Assembly: GCA_041649135.1 (NCBI GenBank)
Contig: JBAZNQ010000001.1
Location: forward strand, 163,037-227,036
Origin: Patescibacteria group bacterium
Lineage (GTDB): Bacteria; Patescibacteriota; Kazan-3B-28
Length of the DNA stretch: 64,000 nt
Direction of reading: 5' to 3'
A program made the position numbers and the translations under genes. The notes under the pieces are model-generated. The model saw only the letters and a program-made list of their open reading frames with translations, was not told where the DNA came from and made no database searches. Shown in pieces: positions 37,254 to 47,649 of this stretch (positions are counted from its first letter, which is position 1; every line of letters begins with the position of its first letter).

Positions 37254-39641
37254 TCCCCCTAATCCCGTATCTTTGGTGTACTTAATCCTTTCTCCAACTT
37301 GCATCTCTACTAGTCGTTTATCTTTCCCAAATTTTAAGCGCGCCAACTGACGGATCGCTTCCGCAATCTTTGGGTTACCTTCACCCATTGGCGGCAAAGC
37401 CTGCAAAGTAAATGGCCGACTCAACATCCCGTCAATCATCAATTTGACGTAGGCATTTCTATTTTCAATGTTGATCAAATCATTTTGACTAACATCTGGC
37501 TCAAATTGTTTCCCGATCGCTTCCGCATCCGGCGCACCGATCGTAAACGCTACCAATGAACCCACATTGCCAAATACCGCATCCCGGATCTTTTCTTCCA
37601 ACTGGGCAACAAATTGGTGCGCAATCGTCAAATTTAGTTTGTATTTCCGCGCCTCCGACAAAATCGTCGCGATCGAATCCGTGGTTACATTCTGGAACTC
37701 ATCAATATATAAATAGAAATCCTGACGTGCGCTCTCCGGCATATCCGCACGGCTAAGCGCCGCCATCTGCATCTTTGAGACCAGAATAAAGCCCAATAGG
37801 TTGCTGTTAATATCGCCAGTCAAACCCTTAGCCAGATTGACTAACAAAATCTTTTTGTTGTCCATCACATCACGGATATCAAACGAACTCTTAGCCTGAC
37901 CAACAATATTTCGCATCATTTCGTTACTAATAAACCGGCCGATTTTACTGATGATGTAGGAGAACAACTCCCCTACCTGATTACTTTTTTCGGCTTGGAC
38001 GAATTCCTCTTTCCAGAATCGCTGTACTGTCGGATCTGTTACCGAAGTCAATTTCGCCTCTCGAAACGCTTTGTCAGTAAACACCCTCGGGATATCAATT
38101 AGGGTCGCTCCTCCCCTTTCGTCTGCCAATAATAACAACATGGCATTGCGCATATAATGTTCAAAAATCGGGCCAACGATCCCAGAACTATTTGGATCAA
38201 ATAATTTATAAAAGATCGAGATCATCTCCGACACCACCATATCTTTTTCGGCTGGCGTCTTTGCTTCCAACAAGTTCAAGCCCAATGGTCGGTCAATGTC
38301 CGGCGGATAGAAATGAATCACATCATCAACTCGTAGTTTGGGTATTCTCTGTAATAACCACTCGATCATGTCGCCGTGAGGATCAATTACGCACACTCCC
38401 TCGCCATTATTAATATCCTGCAGAGCCAAATTTTGCATCCAAGTAGATTTGCCGGTACCAGTTTTACCAATCACGTAAATGTGCCGGCGTCTATCATCCC
38501 GGGAAATCCGCACTTGTTTTTCCATACCGCGAAAAACATTTTTCCCCAGCAGTATTCCTTCTTTGGGAAGATTTTCCGGTGCTACCAATCGTTTAGCTTT
38601 CAACCATCGCACATTCGGAGTTTCGGTCTTAGCCGTTGGCAAATGAAATATGGTCGCCAACTCTTCCGTATTCAAAATATCTGCATCTCTGGAATTACCA
38701 AATTGACGTAGAACATAATTACTCAATACTTCACCCTCTGGAATTTTTGCTGGCACCAAAGCATTGAGTTCCGGCGCATTAAATTGCAAGAAACTATCTA
38801 TCAATGTTTTTAAATGACTCCTCGCCTGAAGATCATCCGCCGCGGCCGCTACCAATCGAATTACCACCTCAAAACCAGTCTTTGATGCTTTAGTCTCCAC
38901 CGCCCGAATTACATCTTCCTGACCAGACGTAATTGGCTTGGGCGCAGATTTATTTTCTTCTGGTTGGGTAGTTGTTACTAATCCCCCCAATCCTTTTAAC
39001 ACTCCTTCGCCAATACTTCCGCCGCCACCTTTGCCCTGTTGCAGATTCTTAGCCGCCTGATGAGCTTGTTTCGCCCAACGATTGTCTGCTACTGGTCGAA
39101 ACGCCACTTGGATCGCCGCTCCTGCACCACTATCGGCCAATTTGCTCAAAGCATTAGTCAATGCCCCCAATCCATCCACCGCCAACGTTTGATAAGTTCG
39201 CAACGGAAAATAAGTTGGCTTCTTTAGCTGCAACTGAATACTGGCTACCCGTCCCTCTTTTACAAAAAAATTCGGATACGGTGCTTTTTCTACAATTGCG
39301 TCCGAATACTGTGAAGTGATTTGCTTTTCCACAAAATCTACCAATTCACTTGGTACATTCATATAAAAAGTAATCAACTCTTGTTCAGTTGCTATCTCAA
39401 AAGTCAGATGCCGCTCCCCTACCACATCTCGAATTCCTCCCAGATTACTAAAAATTGCCTCCATTGGAGCAATCATCGACTTCAAATCGGCCTGCGGATC
39501 ATCTTTTGGCCGCGGCACTGCAATCATCAAATTAGTTCGAGTCCGAATGTTGTCTTGGCTCACCCGCCCACTTTTTCTAAATAAAAACACTCCCCCAACC
39601 GAGATTAAAGCCAAGGTTAAAATTAAGTAAAACCAAAGCAT
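37248..39641 (-). CDS. membrane-anchored VirB4/TraC/HerA-like (AAA_10) ATPase
   Basis: N-terminal TM helix; Walker A IGKTGTGKST; Walker B LYIDEFQN; downstream EARKYKLNLTIAHQ motif; paralog of 47650-50526. Confidence 0.7.
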   Translation of the reverse strand: MLWFYLILTLALISVGGVFLFRKSGRVSQDNIRTRTNLMIAVPRPKDDPQADLKSMIAPMEAIFSNLGGIRDVVGERHLTFEIATEQELITFYMNVPSELVDFVEKQITSQYSDAIVEKAPYPNFFVKEGRVASIQLQLKKPTYFPLRTYQTLAVDGLGALTNALSKLADSGAGAAIQVAFRPVADNRWAKQAHQAAKNLQQGKGGGGSIGEGVLKGLGGLVTTTQPEENKSAPKPITSGQEDVIRAVETKASKTGFEVVIRLVAAAADDLQARSHLKTLIDSFLQFNAPELNALVPAKIPEGEVLSNYVLRQFGNSRDADILNTEELATIFHLPTAKTETPNVRWLKAKRLVAPENLPKEGILLGKNVFRGMEKQVRISRDDRRRHIYVIGKTGTGKSTWMQNLALQDINNGEGVCVIDPHGDMIEWLLQRIPKLRVDDVIHFYPPDIDRPLGLNLLEAKTPAEKDMVVSEMISIFYKLFDPNSSGIVGPIFEHYMRNAMLLLLADERGGATLIDIPRVFTDKAFREAKLTSVTDPTVQRFWKEEFVQAEKSNQVGELFSYIISKIGRFISNEMMRNIVGQAKSSFDIRDVMDNKKILLVNLAKGLTGDINSNLLGFILVSKMQMAALSRADMPESARQDFYLYIDEFQNVTTDSIATILSEARKYKLNLTIAHQFVAQLEEKIRDAVFGNVGSLVAFTIGAPDAEAIGKQFEPDVSQNDLINIENRNAYVKLMIDGMLSRPFTLQALPPMGEGNPKIAEAIRQLARLKFGKDKRLVEMQVGERIKYTKDTGLGGV

Positions 39642-39958
39642 TAATTAGAATGATTCAAACTATTTACAATTATATACGGAGCACGACCACTATATGGATC
39701 CCTTGATATTACCTCGTTGACCATTCTGATTGGAAGCTCTGGGGATTGTGTCGCCGCTGGTTCAGAGGCTTCGTCAGAAACCCGTTCCAGATCATAAACA
39801 TCCGGCATCAACAACGAATGTTGATCAAAGTTCTTCTCATCAACATCACCATCCAACTGTTGAGCCGCCCACTTATCGTGTCGTTGTCGCCGCTCAACTT
39901 GTTCTTGAATTCTCTTTTCCCCCTCCCGTGAATCCCAACTGAACTTTTCTGGGGTCAT
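39641..39958 (-). CDS. hypothetical acidic protein preceding the ATPase
   Basis: 105-aa ORF; stop overlaps the ATPase start. Confidence 0.35.
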   Translation of the reverse strand: MTPEKFSWDSREGEKRIQEQVERRQRHDKWAAQQLDGDVDEKNFDQHSLLMPDVYDLERVSDEASEPAATQSPELPIRMVNEVISRDPYSGRAPYIIVNSLNHSN

Positions 39959-40006
39959 TTGGATTTAATTAAAATCCGATATTATTTTCATTATACCACA
40001 CTTACT

Positions 40007-41446
40007 TTATTCTGTCAATAGACGGTCTAAAATTTCCTTTACCAGAGCTGGTTCTGCCGCACCCTGACTCTTAGCCATCACTTGCCCAACCAGATACCCT
40101 ACTACTCGATTGTCCCCCGCTTTTGCCTTTACTACCACATCTGGGCTCTCGTTCATAACCGTTCTGACTAGCGCTTCCAATTCATCACTTCCCATCGTTT
40201 TGAGTTCGCCAACCAATTCAGCCGGCGTTTTGCCAGTTTTCTGCATCGCTTCATATAATTTTTGCGCCGCGTTGCTAGACAGTTTGTTTGCCATTACCAC
40301 CGCAATAAATTCGTCAAATCCTGTTCCCTTTGAAAACTTTTTCGGAAGCCAATTTGCCACTAACACCGGATCAAAATCTTTATGCTCATGCATTATCCAC
40401 ACAAAACTGAACAACATATCAATGTCTTGTAGTTCGCCTACCCGCGCATACGGCAATCCAAATTCCTCCGCCTTCAATCGCAAAGTTGATAAAGACATTG
40501 GCAAAGTCTCGGAAATCTTATCGATTTTTTCTTTATCAATGTAGATTGGCGGCAAATCCGGTTCTGGGAAATATCGATAGTCTACCGAGCCTTCCTTGCT
40601 CCGTTGCGAAACTGTCGTACCGGTTTTTTCATCCCAACCTCTAGTTTCCTGCATCACCCGCTCACCTTTTTCCAACAACTCTATCTGTCTTTCAATTTCA
40701 TATTTTAAAGCTTGTTCCATAAACCGAAATGAATTCATATTTTTTACTTCTACTTTAGCTCCCAACGTGTCTTGCCCCATTGGCCGAACCGACACATTCG
40801 CATCTACTCGCAAATGCCCTTTTTCCATATCCGCCTTCGACACACCCAAGCTTCTAACCAATCTCTGTAATTCTTGCAAAAACGCTTTCGCCTCCTCCGG
40901 TGATTTGATATCCGGCTCGGTCACGATCTCTGCCAACGGTGTCCCGCATCGATTCAAGTCCACCAACGTAGCCTCTTTTTCGTGCACTAACTTTCCCGCG
41001 TCTTCTTCCAAATGTAATCTAGTAATCCCAACCGCAAACTCTTTTTTGGTCTTTCTATCTGGTGCCAAATAATCCACATCTAAATTACCTTTTTCGCCCA
41101 CCGGATAGAAAAATTGAGAGATCTGATAAGCCTTCGGTAAATCCGGATAAAAATAATTCTTCCGATCAAACCTCTGCAAAGGATTAATCGTACAACCCAA
41201 CGCCAAGGCCAATTTAATTCCCCAGTCAATTGCCTGCTCGTTCATCACCGGCAACACCCCCGGATAGCCCATACACACCGGACAGACATTGGTATTCGGT
41301 TCCGCAGTTTCTGAATTATTATCGCATCGGCAAAACATCTTGGATTTAGTATCCAACTGAACATGAATTTCCAATCCAATCGTCGCCTGATATTTTTCTG
41401 TCGTCGTATTCATATCATTGAGTCCGCCCTTGCCATCTTTTACCAT
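40007..41446 (-). CDS. gatB: Asp-tRNA(Asn)/Glu-tRNA(Gln) amidotransferase subunit B
   Basis: IGLEIHVQL N-terminus; GatB core; C-terminal YqeY-like domain. Confidence 0.9.
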   Translation of the reverse strand: MVKDGKGGLNDMNTTTEKYQATIGLEIHVQLDTKSKMFCRCDNNSETAEPNTNVCPVCMGYPGVLPVMNEQAIDWGIKLALALGCTINPLQRFDRKNYFYPDLPKAYQISQFFYPVGEKGNLDVDYLAPDRKTKKEFAVGITRLHLEEDAGKLVHEKEATLVDLNRCGTPLAEIVTEPDIKSPEEAKAFLQELQRLVRSLGVSKADMEKGHLRVDANVSVRPMGQDTLGAKVEVKNMNSFRFMEQALKYEIERQIELLEKGERVMQETRGWDEKTGTTVSQRSKEGSVDYRYFPEPDLPPIYIDKEKIDKISETLPMSLSTLRLKAEEFGLPYARVGELQDIDMLFSFVWIMHEHKDFDPVLVANWLPKKFSKGTGFDEFIAVVMANKLSSNAAQKLYEAMQKTGKTPAELVGELKTMGSDELEALVRTVMNESPDVVVKAKAGDNRVVGYLVGQVMAKSQGAAEPALVKEILDRLLTE

Positions 41447-41484
41447 TCACTATTCACCGTTAACTATTAACTATTCATAATTCC
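41443..41484. repeat. ATTCACT/TTAACTA heptamer repeats against the gatB start
   Basis: ccattcactattcaccgttaactattaactattcat; gatB ATG (reverse complement) at 41444-41446. Confidence 0.65.
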
Positions 41485-41892
41485 CAACTGCCTCAAACTA
41501 TCCTTAAATAATCTAACCGCCCGTTCGGCTTCGTGCCGCGCCAATTTCATATCAATTTCATGTGCTAATTGATTACGTAGTTTATGCGCGTCCCATGCCG
41601 CTTGTACATTATTAAACAAACTCTTACCATTTTTTAATCGCTCGCCCAAACCATTGCCGGCAATTCCCATCACGCTCAATCCATAATCTAAAATTTTGTC
41701 CGCTTCAAACACTGCCTTCACCCACGACGATTCATTCTCATCTGCCATGAGGAGCTCAACGTTATTCCACATCTCTCGAATCCGTTCTCGGTCTGCTGCT
41801 GACAGCGCCCGTTTTCTCGATATCAACACCAGCAGACCAACTGCTACAATCCCTACTACCACAATGCTAATGACAATAATAATTGGATTCAT
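41467..41892 (-). CDS. membrane-anchored hypothetical protein inserted between gatA and gatB
   Basis: N-terminal TM helix ([21 protein letters not shown]); 141 aa; 4-nt overlap with the gatA end. Confidence 0.45.
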   Translation of the reverse strand: MNPIIIVISIVVVGIVAVGLLVLISRKRALSAADRERIREMWNNVELLMADENESSWVKAVFEADKILDYGLSVMGIAGNGLGERLKNGKSLFNNVQAAWDAHKLRNQLAHEIDMKLARHEAERAVRLFKDSLRQLGIMNS

Positions 41893-43316
41893 CTTATTCT
41901 TTCGTAAGCATCTGCCACTTTTAATATCGTTGGTTCATCAAATTGTTTACCCATAATCTGCAGACCCACTGGCAGACCATCAACTTCACCGCACGGTATC
42001 GAAATCGCTGGGATGCCTGCTAGACTCGCTGGGGTAGTTAATAAATCCGCTTTGTACATCGCTAGTGGATCTTGCGCTCTTTCGCCGATCTTAAAAGCCA
42101 CCGTTGGAGTAGTTGGCGAAATAATCACATCAACATAGTTGGGATTGTTCTCTTTATCAAATGCCCAATCAAAATCTTTTTTAATTAGTGTTCTCACCCT
42201 TTGCGCTCTGTCATAATACGCATCGCGAAAACCAGCCGAGAGCGTATAAGTTCCCAACATGATCCGTCGCTTCACCTCCGCCCCAAACCCCTCCGCCCGA
42301 GTTTGAAAATACATTTCGACCAATCCAAGTTCGTTTTGGTGAGATTGGTTAGATTGATTAGATTGGTGAGATTTTTTCGACACCTGTGTCGAAAACCCAT
42401 ATCTCATTCCATCATATCTCGCCAAGTTAGCCGAAACTTCAGCGGGCTGAAGAATATAGTAAGTCGCTAAAGCATATTTGAAATGAGGCATTTTTATCGA
42501 TTGGTAGTTACTCGGATTAACCATCTTTTTCAATAAATCACATGCTTTAAAATACGGCTCCAACATCGCCTGTCCACTACCGCCTTCCATGATGAAATCG
42601 TCTAAAAATCCAATCTTCAACTTACTAATATCACCATCCAAAAATTCTTCATACGCTGGGACTGGAATATCAACTGTCGTCGAATCATACTCGTCATGCC
42701 CGGCGATCACCTGTAAAACCTTCGCCGCGTCTCGGACTGTTGTGGTAATCGGTCCAATTCTATCTAACGAGCTTGCCATCGCGATCAATCCATACCGGCT
42801 CACCCGTCCGTAAGTTGGCATCAGCCCGACCACTCCACAAAAACTAGCCGGCTGACGAATTGAGCCACCAGTGTCGCTCCCTAGCGCAAATGGCACCATT
42901 CCGGCCGCTACCGCGGCCGCCGAGCCCCCCGAACTGCCTCCCGGCACTCGTGATTCATCAACTGGGTTCTTGGTTACACCAAAGGCTGAATTTTCAGTTG
43001 AAGAACCCATCGCAAATTCGTCTAAGTTTGATTTTCCCACCATCACCGCTCCAGCTTCCCGCAATTTTTTCACTACTGTCGCTTCATACGGTGATACAAA
43101 ACCAGCCAACATTTTTGACGCCGCCGTAGTTGGTAGTTCCAGCGTCATAATATTATCTTTGCAAATATACGGCACATTAAGCTTGCCGGCTTTTGCCAAT
43201 GCTGGTTTTTCATTAGTTGATAAAACTGCATTCAAGCCTTGTTTGTCGTGAATGATTTTAAGCGATTCCGCCACTGCTTTCTCAATCCCTATTTTTCCCG
43301 CTTCCTCAATTTTCAT
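41889..43316 (-). CDS. gatA: Glu-tRNA(Gln)/Asp-tRNA(Asn) amidotransferase subunit A
   Basis: amidase signature [14 protein letters not shown], catalytic Ser/Lys context; contains an in-frame SHQ/SNQ repeat insert. Confidence 0.9.
   Translation of the reverse strand: MKIEEAGKIGIEKAVAESLKIIHDKQGLNAVLSTNEKPALAKAGKLNVPYICKDNIMTLELPTTAASKMLAGFVSPYEATVVKKLREAGAVMVGKSNLDEFAMGSSTENSAFGVTKNPVDESRVPGGSSGGSAAAVAAGMVPFALGSDTGGSIRQPASFCGVVGLMPTYGRVSRYGLIAMASSLDRIGPITTTVRDAAKVLQVIAGHDEYDSTTVDIPVPAYEEFLDGDISKLKIGFLDDFIMEGGSGQAMLEPYFKACDLLKKMVNPSNYQSIKMPHFKYALATYYILQPAEVSANLARYDGMRYGFSTQVSKKSHQSNQSNQSHQNELGLVEMYFQTRAEGFGAEVKRRIMLGTYTLSAGFRDAYYDRAQRVRTLIKKDFDWAFDKENNPNYVDVIISPTTPTVAFKIGERAQDPLAMYKADLLTTPASLAGIPAISIPCGEVDGLPVGLQIMGKQFDEPTILKVADAYERIR
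42335..42373. repeat. 9-mer tandem repeat GATTGGTNA family, copy b (inside gatA CDS)
   Basis: ttttggtga gattggtta gattgatta gattggtga; translates in the gatA frame to [13 protein letters not shown]. Confidence 0.75.
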
Positions 43317-43331
43317 TGTTCCTACTCGTCC

Positions 43332-43374
43332 GATTGATTAGATTGGTTAGATTGGATAAATTGGTTAGATTATC
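43332..43374. repeat. 9-mer tandem repeat GATTGGTNA family, copy c
   Basis: gattgatta gattggtta gattggata aattggtta gattatc between gatA and gatC. Confidence 0.7.
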
Positions 43375-43699
43375 TTCTGAACACACTCTTCACTTTTATA
43401 TATCCTTTCTCGCTAACCGGTGCCCGTTTCAAAAACTCCTCCCGACTAATTTCTGACGGTCGCACATAATCCCCATCCATTACATCACTTTGGCCAGTAA
43501 TTTGTCCCGATTCTGCTGGACAGCAGAACGAGGGATTTCCATCCACCTGATTAGTATCGACCTTCCCCAACTCTTCAACATAACCTAAAACTGCCGACAG
43601 TTCCTTGGTATATTCAGCCTTTTCAGCATCAGTTAGAGCGATATAAGCCAGCTTGGCCACCCACTCCACCTCTTCTTGTGATAATTTTTTAGATACCAT
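43370..43699 (-). CDS. gatC: amidotransferase subunit C
   Basis: LSQEEVEWVAKLAYIALTDAEKAEYTKELSAVLGYVEELGKVDTNQV pattern of GatC; contains the TTCTGCTGGACAGCAGAA palindrome at 43506-43535. Confidence 0.7.
   Translation of the reverse strand: MVSKKLSQEEVEWVAKLAYIALTDAEKAEYTKELSAVLGYVEELGKVDTNQVDGNPSFCCPAESGQITGQSDVMDGDYVRPSEISREEFLKRAPVSEKGYIKVKSVFRR
43506..43535. repeat. palindromic mini-insert TTCTGCTG-N-CAGCAGAA, copy in gatC
   Basis: cccgattctgctggacagcagaacgaggga, 28 of 30 identical to the aspS copy; read in frame on the minus strand. Confidence 0.75.
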
Positions 43700-43886
43700 A
43701 AAATTCCTACCTTAACCCCCAATCCAACAGGGCTATTATAGCGTAAAAAAATACCCCCGTAACCTAACAGTCACGGGGGCCCAGCCGAGATTAGTAGTGA
43801 ACGCCCACCATAGAGGTAACATCTTCTTCCTCTGGTATATTTACCGCTGCCTTCCTGTAACCAGTTGTCATGAATCTACCCACGAG

Positions 43887-44120
43887 CTAATTCGCAATCC
43901 CATCATACGGCGACACCCTCTCCCCAGCTTCAGCAATGTAGAGCAGATCGTTTTCCTTCAATACACCGCTGGCCAGATATCCCTCCCAAATCTTTCTCCG
44001 CTCCTCGGCGGTAGTAGCCCGACTTAACTCTTGCACACAATTCTCGGCAACCTTTGTGGGCATTAAGTCAACCCCAGGCGTTCGCTCGATAACGACCATT
44101 CCCTCTGGTACTATCTGCAA
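43887..44120 (-). CDS. small hypothetical protein
   Basis: 77-aa ORF. Confidence 0.25.
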   Translation of the reverse strand: MQIVPEGMVVIERTPGVDLMPTKVAENCVQELSRATTAEERRKIWEGYLASGVLKENDLLYIAEAGERVSPYDGIAN

Positions 44121-44254
44121 AGGTGCACCTCCCCAAAATCATTGATGGCTCCACCATAGCACCCCCAACACTAAGTTGACAAATAGCCCACTCAAATTTA
44201 CGCTGGGAGCGACACCGTAAGGTGCACCTTATTACAAACCGTGGGAGGAAAAGA

Positions 44255-44653
44255 GTGGCGAAAGCTGACATCCTTGGATTGACTCGAGGGTTCCTTCTCG
44301 ATGAAAAAGATGTCGTCATCATAGTTGGCACAAATCAGACACAACTGCGCCAAGCATCGAATTACGAGCGAGGCGGTGCTGGGTGGGTAACCACCCGCTC
44401 TCCCGATGAGTTGGAACAATGCATCAAGGATCTGCGAGAAGAATCTTACAGGGTCAGATTGGTGATTTTGTTGCCAGAGTCCGCGACCATCAAGACTACC
44501 GCTGACTGGGACAAAATCAAGAAGATCTGTGGCCCTGACGTCATAATCACGACATGGATACCACACCAAACTGCTGCTAGCACCAAAACAGGAGTTTTCT
44601 CCGTCCCCTCCACTAACATCTTGGGAGAATCTGCTACAGCAGCCCCTTCGTAG
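44255..44653 (+). CDS. hypothetical protein
   Basis: GGGAGG RBS 6 nt upstream of GTG 44255; preferred over the antisense ORF 44198-44749. Confidence 0.3.
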   Translation: MAKADILGLTRGFLLDEKDVVIIVGTNQTQLRQASNYERGGAGWVTTRSPDELEQCIKDLREESYRVRLVILLPESATIKTTADWDKIKKICGPDVIITTWIPHQTAASTKTGVFSVPSTNILGESATAAPS

Positions 44654-44802
44654 ACCATGCTGGAACCGCCCAATCAAGAATCCCCTACCTCCCAAAACCG
44701 GCTCTCCCAAGAGCCGGTTTTCATTTATACCTAAATCGAAGACCCGCAACTATACGCGGGTCTTATTCCTGCTTGGTACATACGAGATCTGGCCCTTAGC
44801 CC

Positions 44803-47060
<2,258 letters not shown>

Positions 47061-47642
47061 TTACCACTCCGCCGGTATCTCTGCCGGCTCTCTCACAAAA
47101 CACCGCCGACAAGTCGGTTTGTATTCGTATGTCCCATCTTCCGGCACTACCGCCGGCAATCCCTGTGTTACTGGTGTACCCCGATGAAAAATTTGAGTAT
47201 AAGCAGCCTCTAGTTTGCGACACTGATAGCAAACTGCCCGCTTATATCGAACTTCCTTGGGTGCCAATTCAAATAATTTTTTAACGATCGCAAACATTGT
47301 TCCCCGATAATCCATATCCAATCCCGATACCACCACGTCCACCCCATTAAGCAACAATTTCTGGATCACCTCTGCCTCACTGACATCAAACATATGAATT
47401 TCATCAATACCAACATGCGTGAGTCCTACCATCGGGATCTCGTTCAAACTCGCAATTTTATCAGCCGCAATTCCTATCCCCACCCGAGACTGGATTTTAG
47501 TATCTCGAACATTCAATCGCGGCTGATACAGCCGCACTACCGCGTCAGTATGTTGAAGCGGCGCAAAAATTGCGACCACATCAAAAGACTTGCCGCTCAT
47601 CATCGGCCCAACGATCATCGTTAGTTGTCCGTTAGTTATCAC
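47061..47642 (-). CDS. tdk: thymidine kinase
   Basis: P-loop MIVGPMMSGKS, VGIDEIHMFD, SGLDMDYRG, C-terminal Zn ribbon CxxC...CxxC; most plausible start is GTG 47642, 8 nt after the upstream stop; the long upstream ORF extension is unlikely. Confidence 0.8.
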   Translation of the reverse strand: MITNGQLTMIVGPMMSGKSFDVVAIFAPLQHTDAVVRLYQPRLNVRDTKIQSRVGIGIAADKIASLNEIPMVGLTHVGIDEIHMFDVSEAEVIQKLLLNGVDVVVSGLDMDYRGTMFAIVKKLFELAPKEVRYKRAVCYQCRKLEAAYTQIFHRGTPVTQGLPAVVPEDGTYEYKPTCRRCFVREPAEIPAEW

Positions 47643-47649
47643 CCGTCTA

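Noticed and set aside
44198-44749. 183-aa minus-strand ORF
   Set aside because: Translation is Gly/Arg/Cys-rich and low-complexity. The plus-strand ORF 44255-44653 has a GGGAGG RBS and a more protein-like composition, so that one was preferred (still low confidence).
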